In this document: positions 35,602-49,150 of the stretch, one piece after another | How positions within the stretch are numbered: the stretch's first letter is position 1 | Layout: the number at the start of each line of letters is the position of its first letter | Assembly (NCBI GenBank): GCA_963665125.2 | Contig: CAXXUK010000001.1 | Span: forward strand, 3,584,001 to 3,648,000 | Direction: 5' to 3' | DNA length: 64,000 nucleotides | Source of the DNA: an uncultured Desulfarculus sp. | GTDB lineage: Bacteria; Desulfobacterota; Desulfarculia; Desulfarculales; Desulfarculaceae | The notes under the pieces: generated by a model | Seen by the model: the letters and a program-made list of their open reading frames with translations, nothing else | Told to the model about the DNA's origin: nothing | Databases searched by the model: none | Position numbers and translations under genes: made by a program

Positions 35602-37038
35602 TCATCCTTTGATGACGACCAGGGGACGGGTTCTGGCCACCATGGGAGCAATGCCCGCGCCCTGCATAACCCTGGCAACCTGGCTGACGTCCTTGTAGGC
35701 CTCGGGCATTTCCTCGGCCAAGGTGGCCCGGCTTGCCGCCCGGACAATGATCTGCCGGCGGGCAAGCTCCTGATCGATAATTCTGCCCTTTGCCGTGTAC
35801 TTGGCCTTGTTGCGGCTGAGCCTGCGTCCCGCGCCATGGGCGCTGCTGGCAAAGGTCAGGGCCTCTGCCTTTTCCGACCCTTTTAGCACATAACTGGCCC
35901 GGCCCATGTCCCCCGGCACCAAAACCGGCTGGCCGACGGAACGGTAGCGGTCCGGAACCTCCGGGTGCCCCGGCCCCAAAGCCCTGGTGGCGCCCTTGCG
36001 GTGAACCCATACCAGGCGCTCCTTGCCGCCGACCATGTGCCGCTCCAGCTTGGCTATGTTGTGGGCCACGTCATAAACCAGGCCCAGACCCAGGGCCGCC
36101 GGGCCCGCCTCCAACACTCGCATAATGGTCTCCACCGCCCCATGGGCCAGGATCTGGCGGTTGGCAAAGGCGAAGTTCGCCGCCGCGGCCATGGCCCCCA
36201 GGTATTCGGAGCCTATTGGGGAATCCGGCGGCGCTGCGATTAGCTGTGAGTCCTTTGGTATTATCGCGTCCTTGTCCTTGGCCAGCTTCTTGAGGAAATC
36301 GCCGCAGACCTGGTGGCCCAGGCCCCTTGACCCGGTATGAATCCAAAGCACGAGCTGTCCCTCGAATAGTCCGAAGGCCTCCGCGGCAATCGGGTCCATG
36401 ATTTCATCGACCCGGCCCAGCTCCACGAAATGGTTGCCAGCGCCCAGGCTGCCCAACTGGCCCGCGCCCCGGTCCTGGGCCCGGTTGCTCAGCACATCGG
36501 CCAAGGCGCCGTGCAGTGCGCCGCCGGCCTCGCAGAACTCAAGGTCTGTTCGGCCGCCCATGCCCTGATCAACGGCCCACGCCGCGCCCCGTTCCATTAC
36601 CCGGTTCATTTCCTGGCGGCTGAGCCGGAGGTTGCCCCCAGTGCCCACCCCTGCCGGAATGGCCGCCTCCAGGGCGTCGGCAAGGCGCTTGTAATCTTCG
36701 CTGGTCAGATCATCGGCCCGGAGTTTGCTGCGCAACAGCCGCACCCCGCAGTTTATGTCATAACCCACGCCACCCGGGCTGACCACGCCATTGGCCGGAT
36801 CAAAGGCCGCCACGCCGCCGATGGGAAAACCATAGCCCTGGTGGGCGTCGGGCATGGCCATGGCGTTGCCCACGATGCCGGGCAGGGCGGCCATACCCCG
36901 GACCTGCTCCACAGTGCCGTCGGCGGCCACAGCCCTTATAAGCTCCTCATCGGAATAGATCAGCCCGTCGGTGCGCATCTGCCCGCTTTTGGGCAACACC
37001 CAGCGGTGATCGTCTATTTTATGCAGGCCGTTGGTCAT
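35602..37038 (-). CDS. rtcB: RNA ligase RtcB
   Basis: MPDAHQGYGFPIG, GYDINCG, GNHFVE, HTGSRG, HRKGAT, AHGAGR. Confidence 0.96.
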   Translation of the reverse strand: MTNGLHKIDDHRWVLPKSGQMRTDGLIYSDEELIRAVAADGTVEQVRGMAALPGIVGNAMAMPDAHQGYGFPIGGVAAFDPANGVVSPGGVGYDINCGVRLLRSKLRADDLTSEDYKRLADALEAAIPAGVGTGGNLRLSRQEMNRVMERGAAWAVDQGMGGRTDLEFCEAGGALHGALADVLSNRAQDRGAGQLGSLGAGNHFVELGRVDEIMDPIAAEAFGLFEGQLVLWIHTGSRGLGHQVCGDFLKKLAKDKDAIIPKDSQLIAAPPDSPIGSEYLGAMAAAANFAFANRQILAHGAVETIMRVLEAGPAALGLGLVYDVAHNIAKLERHMVGGKERLVWVHRKGATRALGPGHPEVPDRYRSVGQPVLVPGDMGRASYVLKGSEKAEALTFASSAHGAGRRLSRNKAKYTAKGRIIDQELARRQIIVRAASRATLAEEMPEAYKDVSQVARVMQGAGIAPMVARTRPLVVIKG

Positions 37039-37137
37039 CTTTTTTCCTTAATTCCGGCTTACCCTTGCGCGTTTGCGCCCTTATGTATAAAAATCAGCAT
37101 CAGTTTAAATATTAACAGGATTATATTCGCAGTAAAA

Positions 37138-38331
37138 ATGCTCAAGGAACGCCTAAAAGCCATCAATTATCAGAACGCCCTCGGCTTTACCATGGATCAG
37201 GTCATCATCACCGCGGGCTGCGTAATCTGGGCGCTGAGCTATGCCCTGTTTCAGGCTCCGTTCAACCTTTCCACGGGCGGCGTCTCTGGCGTGGCCATCA
37301 TCGTCAAGCACTACACCGGCTTCCCCCTGGGCACCTTTTTCCTGCTGGCCAATATCCCCCTGTTGATCCTCGGCTATTTCCAGCTGGACCGGCTGCGGTT
37401 TTTGCTCTCGACCATGTGGGCTGTTGTCGTCTTTTCTTTCACCACCGACTTTTTCGTGGCCCACCTGCCGGCCATGATGGAGCGCTTTCCGGTCAGCGAC
37501 GATACGCTGTTGAACGCCATCTATGGCGGCGTGCTGGCCGGAGTGGGCACGGGCATCATATACCGGGCCGGCGGCACCTTTGGCGGCACCACCATCATCG
37601 CCCGCATCGTCAACAAGAAGACCGGCTTTCCCATCAGCCAGTGTTTCATGTACACCGACTTTTCGGTGATCCTAGGCGCAGGCCTCGTCTTCAACTGGGA
37701 AGTCGCCTTGCTGTCGATCCTTGTGCTGTTGATCTCCGGCATCACCTCGGATGTAGTTCTGGAGGGCATCAGTTATGTGCGCACCGCGATGATCATAACT
37801 GAAAACCCCTACGACGTCAGCCGTGCGCTGATGGAGGAAATGGGCCGGGGCGTCACCCTTTGGAACGCCACGGGCGGATATTCGGGCCAAGCCAAACATA
37901 TGATCTATTGCACGGTGCGCCGTTCGGAGATCCAGGAGCTAAAGCGCCTAATGACCACCGTGGACCCCAACGCCTTTTTCGTCATCGGTGTGGCCCAGCA
38001 GGCCTTTGGCCAGGGTTTCACCCGCCTTACCAAGGGCCCTCTGCAGGACGAAATGGCCCGCAAGCGCTTCCGCAATGTGCTGCGCAACCGCAAGGGCAAA
38101 AAGACCATGTTCGATGAGGAATACCTGGATCTTGCCGGCGTGGCCTATTTCATGGACAGCAAAGGCCGCGTCAACCTCATCCGCCCCAACGGCGGCATGG
38201 TCAGGATCAAGAACACCCAGGACCTTGACGATATCTCGTCCAAAGCCAAGCGCATCACCAAGGATGAGGCCCTGGAGCTGGCCAAGCACGGCCCCAAGCC
38301 CGCCGAACCAAGCCAAATCGACCAGCCATAG
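37138..38331 (+). CDS. YitT family membrane protein (DUF2179) with extra C-terminal domain
   Basis: GGVSGVA, NIPLL, GGTFGGT, RGVT, GGYSG, DPNAF; ~90 extra residues at the C-terminus. Confidence 0.85.
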   Translation: MLKERLKAINYQNALGFTMDQVIITAGCVIWALSYALFQAPFNLSTGGVSGVAIIVKHYTGFPLGTFFLLANIPLLILGYFQLDRLRFLLSTMWAVVVFSFTTDFFVAHLPAMMERFPVSDDTLLNAIYGGVLAGVGTGIIYRAGGTFGGTTIIARIVNKKTGFPISQCFMYTDFSVILGAGLVFNWEVALLSILVLLISGITSDVVLEGISYVRTAMIITENPYDVSRALMEEMGRGVTLWNATGGYSGQAKHMIYCTVRRSEIQELKRLMTTVDPNAFFVIGVAQQAFGQGFTRLTKGPLQDEMARKRFRNVLRNRKGKKTMFDEEYLDLAGVAYFMDSKGRVNLIRPNGGMVRIKNTQDLDDISSKAKRITKDEALELAKHGPKPAEPSQIDQP

Positions 38332-38332
38332 A

Positions 38333-38365
38333 AAAACCCGGCCGGGTTGCCCCAGCCGGGTTTAT
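38333..38365. terminator. Bidirectional terminator between convergent genes
   Basis: aaacccggc...gccgggttt stem. Confidence 0.55.
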
Positions 38366-38388
38366 CATACATATTGCCTGAAAGTATA

Positions 38389-39210
38389 TCAAACCCATGT
38401 CACCTTCAAGGGCTTACGGTCTGGGCAACGGAAGTATTTAACCTTGGGCTTGCCGATCATCATGGCGTTTTTCAACACATGCCCCTGGGGAAGCGCCAAA
38501 TGTTCCTGCAATGGCGGCCAGGTCTTGGCAGCCCGCTCAAAGAAACCGGCCCAACAGGTGCCAAGGCCCATGGCCGGGGCGTAAAGCTCCACGTAGGTGG
38601 CGGCGATGTCGCAGGAATGATCGGCGAACCGGTCGTTTTCATGTGCGTGGGTCAGGGCCATGTGCGGCGCGCTACGGAAGACCAGGTCAATTCCCTGGTC
38701 GAAATAGTCTATGACCACCGGCATGTTCATGATCTGCGCTATTGGCTCGCCTTTATCCACCAGCATGCGCATCCAGTCCACCACCATTCCGGCTATCTGC
38801 CGAACATCATCGGGATTGGTGTAGACCTTCCAGGCCACTGTTTGGGAATTGTGTCCGGTCTGGGCGAAACGCGCCAAGCCGATGAGCCTTTCCAGATCGG
38901 CTTTATCAACCGGTTGGGGGTCGTACTGGCGGATGGAGCGCCGGGAGCGCATAAACTGCTCGGCCTGTTCGGCGTTGATCTTCAGTTCCTTTTTGATAGG
39001 CAGGCTGTTTTCCAGGGCGATATCTTGGTGGCTCAGGGCGCCAAAGGGGCAAGCCGCCACGCAGTGGCCGCATCTGATGCACAGCCCCTCGGCTCCATCG
39101 ATAACTTGGGGATAGCCGTCTTCGGGCATGGCGATGATGCCAAAGGGGCAGTCCTGCACACAAAAGCCATCCTGCTTGCACTTGTCCTCGTTTACGATAA
39201 GTAAACCCAT
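38389..39210 (-). CDS. Nitroreductase with N-terminal 4Fe-4S ferredoxin domain
   Basis: CKQDGFCVQDCP, CIRCGHCVAACP, RRSIRQY, GLGTCWAG. Confidence 0.92.
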   Translation of the reverse strand: MGLLIVNEDKCKQDGFCVQDCPFGIIAMPEDGYPQVIDGAEGLCIRCGHCVAACPFGALSHQDIALENSLPIKKELKINAEQAEQFMRSRRSIRQYDPQPVDKADLERLIGLARFAQTGHNSQTVAWKVYTNPDDVRQIAGMVVDWMRMLVDKGEPIAQIMNMPVVIDYFDQGIDLVFRSAPHMALTHAHENDRFADHSCDIAATYVELYAPAMGLGTCWAGFFERAAKTWPPLQEHLALPQGHVLKNAMMIGKPKVKYFRCPDRKPLKVTWV

Positions 39211-39418
39211 AATAGTTCCCTTATTTTGGCTGTATTATTAATAGGCGGATTAAATCCTCCATAGCAAACACCTAATGATGACCATAACGATGAGATATGT
39301 CCAGCCCAAACCGAACGTCCGTTATGATTTATCGGTTGATCTTATTCTCTCATAAAATCATCCGCCGATGAGCCCGACGCCGGCATCTGCATTTGTCAGA
39401 GGTGTGGATTCTAGGAGA

Positions 39419-40435
39419 TTAGTAATGCTCTTGCTTGAGTTCCCTGCTCATAAGCTCGATAAGGGCGTCCGCCGGAGATAGTCCTTCATAGATGACCCGG
39501 CGCACGGCCTCGACGATGGGCATCTCCACGCCGCTGCGCCTGGCCAGGTCGGAAATGGTCAGGGTGTTGCGCACGCCCTCGGCGATTGTACGCGTTGAGG
39601 CCTGGATCTGTGCCGCCGTCTCACCCTTGGCCAGCCTTTGACCAAAGGTGCGGTTGCGGCTCAGGTGGCCGGTGCAGGTGAGCACCAGGTCGCCCAAGCC
39701 GGCCAGGCCGGAAAGGGTCGCCAACTGGCCTCCTTTGGCCATGGCCAGGCGGGTCATCTCGGCCAGGCCCCTGGTGATCAGCGCTGCCTGGCTGTTGAAG
39801 CCCAGCTCCAGACCCGCGACCATGCCCGAGGCGATGGCGATGGGGTTTTTCACGGCCCCGCCGATCTCCACGCCGGTGACGTCCGGGCTGGTGTATACCC
39901 TGAACAGCCGGGTGGCGAAGGCGTGCTGCACGAACTTGGCCAGCTCATGGTCCAGACCGGCAACGGTGACGGCCGTGGGCACCGCCTGGGCCAGTTCCCT
40001 GGCGAAGCTCGGGCCGCTGAGGCACAACAGCCTGCGGTGAAACTGCTTGGGCAGTACATCAGAGGCAACCTCGCACATGGTGAAGCCAGTGCCGTCTTCG
40101 ATGCCCTTGGAGCAGCTTACGAAGACCATGTTGCTCGTGAAGTATGGTTCAGCTTGGGTTAAAACCTGGCGGTAGACATGGCTCGGGGTCACCCAGACCA
40201 CCAGCCTGGCGCCGTCCAGGGCTGCGGCGAGGTCGCTGGTGGCCTCGATCCCATCCTCCAGTCGGATGCCCTCCAGATAGAACTTGTTTTCGCGGTCCTC
40301 GTTTATCTGCTGGGCCACCTCTGACTCATAGGCCCAGATGCGCACCTTGTGCCCGGCCCAGGCAAGCTGCTGGGCCAGGGCCGTACCCCATGCACCGGCC
40401 CCGATGACCGTTGCCTTGAGGTCCAGGTTACTCAT
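39419..40435 (-). CDS. gpsA: NAD(P)H-dependent glycerol-3-phosphate dehydrogenase
   Basis: [31 protein letters not shown]...SRN. Confidence 0.96.
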   Translation of the reverse strand: MSNLDLKATVIGAGAWGTALAQQLAWAGHKVRIWAYESEVAQQINEDRENKFYLEGIRLEDGIEATSDLAAALDGARLVVWVTPSHVYRQVLTQAEPYFTSNMVFVSCSKGIEDGTGFTMCEVASDVLPKQFHRRLLCLSGPSFARELAQAVPTAVTVAGLDHELAKFVQHAFATRLFRVYTSPDVTGVEIGGAVKNPIAIASGMVAGLELGFNSQAALITRGLAEMTRLAMAKGGQLATLSGLAGLGDLVLTCTGHLSRNRTFGQRLAKGETAAQIQASTRTIAEGVRNTLTISDLARRSGVEMPIVEAVRRVIYEGLSPADALIELMSRELKQEHY

Positions 40436-42926
40436 CTGCTTCCTCCGGAACCGTTCCCGCCAGCGGAAGTTCGGGCTGTTCCCCGTTTTCCTCTTCGTCT
40501 GTCCTTTCGGCCAGACGCCCCACCGAGACCAGCTGTTCGCCCTTGTGCAGGTCGATGAGCTTGACGCCCTGGGTGTTGCGGCCGATCACGCTTATTCCGG
40601 CCACGGGCATGCGGATCAACTGGCCGCCGTCGGTGATGAGCATTACCTCGTCGTCGGTGTCGACGACCAGGGCTCCCACAACCGGTCCGTTGCGCATGGT
40701 GGTTTTGATTGTGATCACGCCCTTGCCCGCGCGGTTGCGCAGGGGATATTCATCAATGCGCGTACGCTTGCCAAAGCCGTTTTCGGTGATCGTGAGCAGG
40801 GTCTGGGCTCCGGCCACGGCCTCCATTGCCACCAGAAGGTCGCCGTCGGTGAGTTCAATACCCTTGACGCCTCCGGCATTGCGGCCCATGGAACGCACCT
40901 GTGATTCATGGAAGCGGATCGCCTGTCCCTGCCTTGTGGCCAGGAAGACTTCCATGTCGCCGTCGGTGATGCGGGTGGCCACCAGGCTGTCGCCCTCGGC
41001 CAGGTTGATGGCTATGATGCCTCCCACCCTGGGCCTGCTGAATGCCATGAGGTCTGTCTTTTTCACCGTGCCGTTCTGGGTGGCCATGATTACCTGGCGG
41101 TTTTCGGTGAACTCGCGCACGGCCAGAACCGTGGAAACGTTCTCGTCGGGCATGAGCTGGACCAGGTTGACGATGGCCTTGCCCTTTGATGCCCTGCCGG
41201 CCTGGGGTATCTCGTGGACCTTGAGCCAGTACAGGCGGCCCATGTCGGTGAATATGAGCAGGTATGAATGGGTCGAGGCCAGGAACATGGCCTCCACGAA
41301 GTCTTCATCCTTGGTGGCCATGCCCCGGCTGCCCTTGCCGCCACGGCGCTGGGCCCGGTAGAGGCTGGTGGGGGTGCGCTTGATGTAGCCGGTGTGGCTC
41401 ATCGTCACCACCATCTCCTCTTCGGCGATCATGTCTTCGATGTCGATATCCGTTACCTGGCCGACGATTTCCGTGCGCCGTGCATCGCCGTATTGCTCGG
41501 CGATTTCCAGGGTCTCTTCCCTGATGATCCGTAAAACTTCCTTATCGGAAGCCAGGATGGCCTTGAGCCGGGCGATCTCCTTGATCACCTCGCGGTATTC
41601 TTCAAGGATCTTGTCGCGCTCCAGGCCGGTCAACCGTTGCAGGCGCATGTCCAGAATAGCCTGGGCCTGTTTGTCACTAAGCTGGAAACGGTCCATGAGC
41701 CCGGCCTTGGCCTCGGCCGGGTTGGGGCTGTGACGGATAAGCTCGATAACCTCGTCCAGGTTGTCCAGGGCGATCTTCAGGCCTTCGAGGATATGGGCCC
41801 TGGCCTCGGCCTTGGCCAGATCAAAGGCCGTGCGCCGTAGGACAACCTCCCGGCGGTGTTCGATGAACAGCTCCAGGATTTCCTTGATGCCCATCAGCTT
41901 GGGCCGGCCTTTGTCGATGGCCAGCATGTTCATGCCAAAGCTTGCCTGCATCTGGGTGAACTTGAAAAGCTGGTTAAGCACGACCTGGGGCACGGTGTCC
42001 CGCCGCAGTTCGAAGACCACGCGCATTCCGTCCCGGTCGGATTCATCGCGGATGTCGGTAATGCCCTCGATCCTCTTGTCCTTGACCAACTCGGCCACCT
42101 TTTCCAGCATCTTGGCCTTGTTGACCTGGTAGGGTAGTTCCGTGACGATGATCGAATTTTTCTTGGTGCGCGGATGAACCTCGATATTTGCCCGGGCCCT
42201 GATCTTAACCGTGCCCCGGCCCTCGCGGTAGGCGCTATCTATACCTTCAACGCCGTGGATGAATCCCCTGGTGGGGAAATCCGGGCCGGGGATGATCTTC
42301 TGCAGGTTTCGCGTGCTGATGGCGGGGTCGTCGATCAAGGCAACGACACCCCGGCAGACCTCGCCCAGGTTGTGGGGCGGGATATTGGTGGCCATGCCCA
42401 CGGCGATTCCGCTGGAGCCGTTTATCAGAAGAGAAGGAACCCTTGTGGGCAAAACCGCCGGTTCCTGGAGCGATCCGTCATAGTTATCTACAAAATCAAC
42501 GGTTTGCTTCTCTATGTCCGCCAAAAATTCGGAGGCCAGCTTTGCCATGCGCACTTCGGTGTAACGCATGGCCGCGGCTGAGTCGCCGTCCACGGAGCCG
42601 AAGTTGCCCTGGCCGTCGACCAGGGTGTAGCGCATGGCAAAGTCCTGGGCCATGCGCACCAAGGCGTCATACACCGCCGCGTCGCCGTGAGGGTGGTATT
42701 TACCGATAACATCACCGACTACGCGGGCCGATTTTTTGTAGGCCTTGTTGTAGTCGTTTTTCAGCTCGCGCATGGCGAAGAGAATGCGGCGGTGTACGGG
42801 CTTTAGGCCATCCCGCACGTCCGGCAGGGCGCGCCCAACGATGACGCTCATGGCATAATCCAGATACGAGCGCCTGATTTCCTCTTCTATGCGGACGTCT
42901 TCTTTACGCGCGTCCTTGTTCTGCAT
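40428..42926 (-). CDS. gyrA: DNA gyrase subunit A
   Basis: [13 protein letters not shown], GyrA-box QRRGGKG. Confidence 0.98.
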   Translation of the reverse strand: MQNKDARKEDVRIEEEIRRSYLDYAMSVIVGRALPDVRDGLKPVHRRILFAMRELKNDYNKAYKKSARVVGDVIGKYHPHGDAAVYDALVRMAQDFAMRYTLVDGQGNFGSVDGDSAAAMRYTEVRMAKLASEFLADIEKQTVDFVDNYDGSLQEPAVLPTRVPSLLINGSSGIAVGMATNIPPHNLGEVCRGVVALIDDPAISTRNLQKIIPGPDFPTRGFIHGVEGIDSAYREGRGTVKIRARANIEVHPRTKKNSIIVTELPYQVNKAKMLEKVAELVKDKRIEGITDIRDESDRDGMRVVFELRRDTVPQVVLNQLFKFTQMQASFGMNMLAIDKGRPKLMGIKEILELFIEHRREVVLRRTAFDLAKAEARAHILEGLKIALDNLDEVIELIRHSPNPAEAKAGLMDRFQLSDKQAQAILDMRLQRLTGLERDKILEEYREVIKEIARLKAILASDKEVLRIIREETLEIAEQYGDARRTEIVGQVTDIDIEDMIAEEEMVVTMSHTGYIKRTPTSLYRAQRRGGKGSRGMATKDEDFVEAMFLASTHSYLLIFTDMGRLYWLKVHEIPQAGRASKGKAIVNLVQLMPDENVSTVLAVREFTENRQVIMATQNGTVKKTDLMAFSRPRVGGIIAINLAEGDSLVATRITDGDMEVFLATRQGQAIRFHESQVRSMGRNAGGVKGIELTDGDLLVAMEAVAGAQTLLTITENGFGKRTRIDEYPLRNRAGKGVITIKTTMRNGPVVGALVVDTDDEVMLITDGGQLIRMPVAGISVIGRNTQGVKLIDLHKGEQLVSVGRLAERTDEEENGEQPELPLAGTVPEEADE

Positions 42927-43133
42927 TTATTTTTTATCTCCAGGAGATTTATTCCAGCGGCAGTTAAATCGAGAGCCAGATAGGGTCCCTTGCCGGGAAG
43001 CGACTTTGCGGATTTTATCATTATAAGGGCCTAAAATCAACGTATTAGGCCCTTGTTTGCGCTTGGAGAAAAGAAAAGACCAGCCCCGCCGCTATGGGCT
43101 GGGCCGGTCTTGCTTGGACGGATTTAGGTATTG

Positions 43134-43628
43134 CTACCTGGTTGCTTTACTGATGGCTTCTTCCAATTTTCGCAGAATGAGCCGGGCAACAGCAGGCTGG
43201 GGCACCTTGTCGATTACCTGCTGCACGACTTCATTGCGGAAATCCTCGGCCATCTCCAACCGTTTTTTTCCGTCATTGGTGATCCGCAGGACCCTGGCCC
43301 TGCGGTCTTGTTCCATCACGTCACGGGAGAGCAGGCCTCTTTTGACCATTTCTCCCACTGCCCCACTCAGGGCCTGAGGTCTTATCCCAACCTGAGCGGC
43401 CGCCTCGCTTACGGTAAGGCCTTTTTCGCCTTTTTGCTCGGCCAGCCTCAGCACGTTGAAAGACGGTGTGCTTAGGTCGGCCTCGGCTGCCATTCGGAAG
43501 AGTAACCTCTCAGCCCTGCGCCCCAACGCAATGATCATTTCCACGACTTCTTGGGCGTCATTGCTTCGGGGCCCCTCACCCGAAGCTTCATAGCCCATAC
43601 CGCTGTCCCTAACAACCTGTTCCATCAC
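43134..43628 (-). CDS. MarR-family transcriptional regulator
   Basis: wHTH: LTVSEAA...GLLSR...DRRARVLRIT..G. Confidence 0.85.
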   Translation of the reverse strand: MMEQVVRDSGMGYEASGEGPRSNDAQEVVEMIIALGRRAERLLFRMAAEADLSTPSFNVLRLAEQKGEKGLTVSEAAAQVGIRPQALSGAVGEMVKRGLLSRDVMEQDRRARVLRITNDGKKRLEMAEDFRNEVVQQVIDKVPQPAVARLILRKLEEAISKATR

Positions 43629-44443
43629 ACCCCCCTTGCACTTTCGTGCAACCCATTGGTGTTTTCGTGATTGTTATTTACAACTACATTTCCTACCTAC
43701 TACTCATTCAACTTTTTAATACCAACTATTACCTAACATTATGTGTTTTTCCACTTATGTTTTTCGACATTATCCAACAGCTTAATATTTTTTATTCGTA
43801 CTACTTCGTTTTTATTTGACTATTTTGTCTAGACTTGGAATAATTATGTTTATTATTTTAAAACCGTTTCTTGTTTTTAGTCCTCACTTCTTAACTTGGA
43901 CCACCAATAAACGACTCGGCATCCCTGTGCGTTTTTGCGTAATCTTCTTTTGTATTTATTTGGCCGCCATATCAACCCCCGACTTTTATTAGGGCTTGAA
44001 ACCATCCTTTCGTGCACCGACATTCAACGTGCCGGTTGTCGGAATTTGCTTTAGGCCACCCCGTCAACCATGCCGCAATTTGATCGATACTATTTCTTTC
44101 TGGTTTTTCTTTTTATGATCTTCTCGATACTCGTCATACATAATTCCAAAAACCAGCCAGGTCATGCGCTCACGTTTGTGTAATTAGCTTACTCTTTTTG
44201 CGGCCACCCTTGGTTCCGCAGCCGCTTAAAATCCGCCTATTTTTATTTTCAATGTTTTTTCAGTCAAATACGGTTTAATTGGTTTTTCGTATATATCTTA
44301 AATTAGTTAATAATATCAGTCTAGTTCTAATTTAATAACCGTTTTTTACGCCTTGCTATTATTCCGGCTGAACTGCACCTATAGTCCCAAGCTCTCTAAA
44401 TCTTGCTTAATAAAAGAAATAACTTGCTATTTCTGGTGTTTAG

Positions 44444-46876
<2,433 letters not shown>

Positions 46877-46897
46877 TTATAAGTTCACAAAAACCGG

Positions 46898-46936
46898 AAG
46901 CGCCCGACAGGACAAAGGTCTGCCGGGCGCTTTTTT
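46898..46936 (+). terminator. Intrinsic terminator after gyrB
   Basis: aagcgcccg...cgggcgc stem plus T6. Confidence 0.75.
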
Positions 46937-47094
46937 GTGTACAACTTCGATTTTTATTGCCAACGGACCAATCTTTGGACATAGTTCGGGAGAATAATTT
47001 TTACTAACAACTCTACCAATGTTTGCCAGCCACATCATTGCCAGCGCCTCTTCATGAATGGCCAGCTTAGGTGTCAAACGATCCAAATAGGTCT

Positions 47095-48099
47095 ATGCCG
47101 CGAATTCTTGTAATCGATGACGATCCCGTCATTGGACACTTGCTGTTCAGTCATTTTGAAGAGATGGGCTACGTAACCCATCGCGCCACCACCGGTATGG
47201 ACGCCCTGGGCCTGGCCGCCGTTGAAATGTATGACGTTGTTTTTCTCGACGTTCGCCTGCCCGACGGCAGCGGGCTGGACATCATAGGAGACCTGAAGGA
47301 ATCAGCCGGAAAGCCGGAAGTGATCATCATCACCGGTTACGGCGAACCCGACGGCGCGGCCCTGGCCATAAACAGCGGCGCATGGGACTACATCGAAAAG
47401 CCGTTCAAGCTCAAACAGGTAACGCTATTATTGATGCGCGTCCTGGAACACCGCGAACGCCGTGCCCGCCAAGGTCCGCAATCCAGTCTCAAACGAGACG
47501 GCCTTATCGGTTCCAGCCCCAAGATAAACTCCTGCCTCAACCAGGTTTTCGAGGCGTCCCAGGTTGACGCCAGCGTTCTGATTGTCGGTGAAACCGGTAC
47601 GGGCAAGGAATTGTTCGCCCGGGCCATCCACAACAACAGCCGGCGCAGCAATGCCTCGTTTATGGCTGTTGACTGCGCATCGCTGCCCGAGACATTGGCC
47701 GAAAGCGTATTATTCGGTCACGAAAAAGGAGCCTTTACCGGCGCCCACACCCGCCGCGACGGGATGTTTGCCCAGGCCGACGGCGGTACGCTTTTCCTGG
47801 ACGAGATCGGCGAACTCCGTCCCATGATGCAGGCAAAGCTGCTTCGGGTCTTGCAGGAACGTGTATATCGGCCCGTTGGTTCAGCCAGGGACCTGCGCAG
47901 TGATTTCAGGTTGGTGGCCGCGACAAACCGCGATCTAGATTCCATGACCGAATCCGGCCATTTCCGCAAGGATCTGCTTTTCCGGCTGCGTTCCTTCACC
48001 CTCAAGCTTCCTCCGCTGCGCGAGCGCCCAGAGGACATCAAGGAAATCTGCACCTATCATGCTGCCCGTCTGGCCAAGCACTACAGCATTCCGGAAAAG
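47095..48099 (+). CDS. Sigma54-dependent response regulator (REC + AAA+), truncated at the junction
   Basis: ILVIDDD, FLDVRLP, GETGTGKE, GAFTGA, LFLDEIG; lacks WPGNVREL and the HTH. Confidence 0.85.
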
Positions 48100-48102
48100 A
48101 GA

Positions 48103-48768
48103 AGAGTTGCTGAGATGGAAAAGCTTTATGAAAATATTTTTCGTGCCGTGAACATTGCTCTGGTCAATGAGTTGGCACTTCTGTGCAACAAAATTGATAT
48201 TGATATCTGGGAAGTAATAAAACTGGCAAAGACCAAACCCTATGGCTTCCTTCCCTTCTACCCCGGTCCGGGAATGGGTGGACATTGCATCCCCATAGAT
48301 CCCTTCTATCTTACCTGGAAAGCCAGGGAGTATGATTTCAACACCAAGTTTATCGAGCTTGCCGGAGAAATTAACACCCGTATGCCTTATGAAATCACCC
48401 AGATGATCATTGATGCCCTTTCCACCGTTAAGAAATGTATAAACGGAGCAAAGGTTCTCATTCTTGGAGTTGCTTACAAAAAGGATATTGCAGACTATAG
48501 GGAATCCTCATCTCTTAAGATATTCGAAATACTTCATTCCAGGGGGGCGGATGTTCATTATAACGATCCCTTGATTCACCGGGTTCCCACCAATGGAAGC
48601 TTCTCAGAATCGGTTTCCCTCCAGAACCTGGGTGATTATGACTGTGTGGTAATAGCAACGGATCATTCCGCTTATGATTATGATAAAATACTGGAAGAGT
48701 CCAAACTCATAGTAGACACGAGAAATGCGCTAAAAATAAGAGATAACCCGAAGGTTTTCACTCTTTAA
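48103..48768 (+). CDS. C-terminal half of a UDP-glucose/UDP-ManNAc dehydrogenase (5' part missing)
   Basis: AEMEKLYEN..RAVNIALVNE, PGPGMGGHCIPIDP, LGVAYKKDI.DYRES, ATDH, VDTRN. Confidence 0.9.
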   Translation, partial: RVAEMEKLYENIFRAVNIALVNELALLCNKIDIDIWEVIKLAKTKPYGFLPFYPGPGMGGHCIPIDPFYLTWKAREYDFNTKFIELAGEINTRMPYEITQMIIDALSTVKKCINGAKVLILGVAYKKDIADYRESSSLKIFEILHSRGADVHYNDPLIHRVPTNGSFSESVSLQNLGDYDCVVIATDHSAYDYDKILEESKLIVDTRNALKIRDNPKVFTL

Positions 48769-48890
48769 AAAACTGGTGACAGCTTCCCTATTTTTCCTGT
48801 GTGAATGTGGGTAGTTCCGAATATAAAGTTATCTGGGGTATTCAGGAAGCTCAAGCTATCAATTGTTTTTGACGGCAAGCTGGAAGCCCG

Positions 48891-48990
48891 CATTCACATT
48901 CGGATAAGAGAATTGATCCTATTTCCACCATGTTATAACACAAACGACTGGGTAGCGGGTGGCCTCTGCCACTGGCGATCATACAAACTA
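48891..48990 (+). repeat. Dispersed ~100-nt repeat unit ending in a GTAG-tagged palindrome
   Basis: cattcacattcggataagagaatt...catgtt...gggtagcgggtggc..gccactggcgat; related copies at 63823 and 63900. Confidence 0.75.
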
Positions 48991-49150
48991 ACCGGGGAAA
49001 CAAAAGGCTTCGCCTTTTCAAGCGGCAGGAAGTATGCTATGTTGTATCTGTTCGGAAATTTTTTTGGGATTTTTCTCTTCTTGAGAAAAAGACAGGTCGT
49101 GCTTCCTTAAATGGTAGTTTTGAGATAACAACAAAAAGGAGGCGACGACC

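Noticed and set aside
36430..37137. N-terminal ~236 aa of the 633-aa ORF
   Set aside because: It overlaps rtcB antisense. YitT similarity begins only after the ATG at 37138.
47071..48768. Novel NtrC / sugar-dehydrogenase fusion protein
   Set aside because: Both halves are cut mid-domain and composition changes at the join. An in-frame join is expected by chance one time in three, so an artefact is more likely.
49034..49037. ATGC as a 4-bp target duplication with 51117-51120
   Set aside because: It would give a 7-nt target loop that disagrees with the empty site, and a 14-nt promoter spacer.
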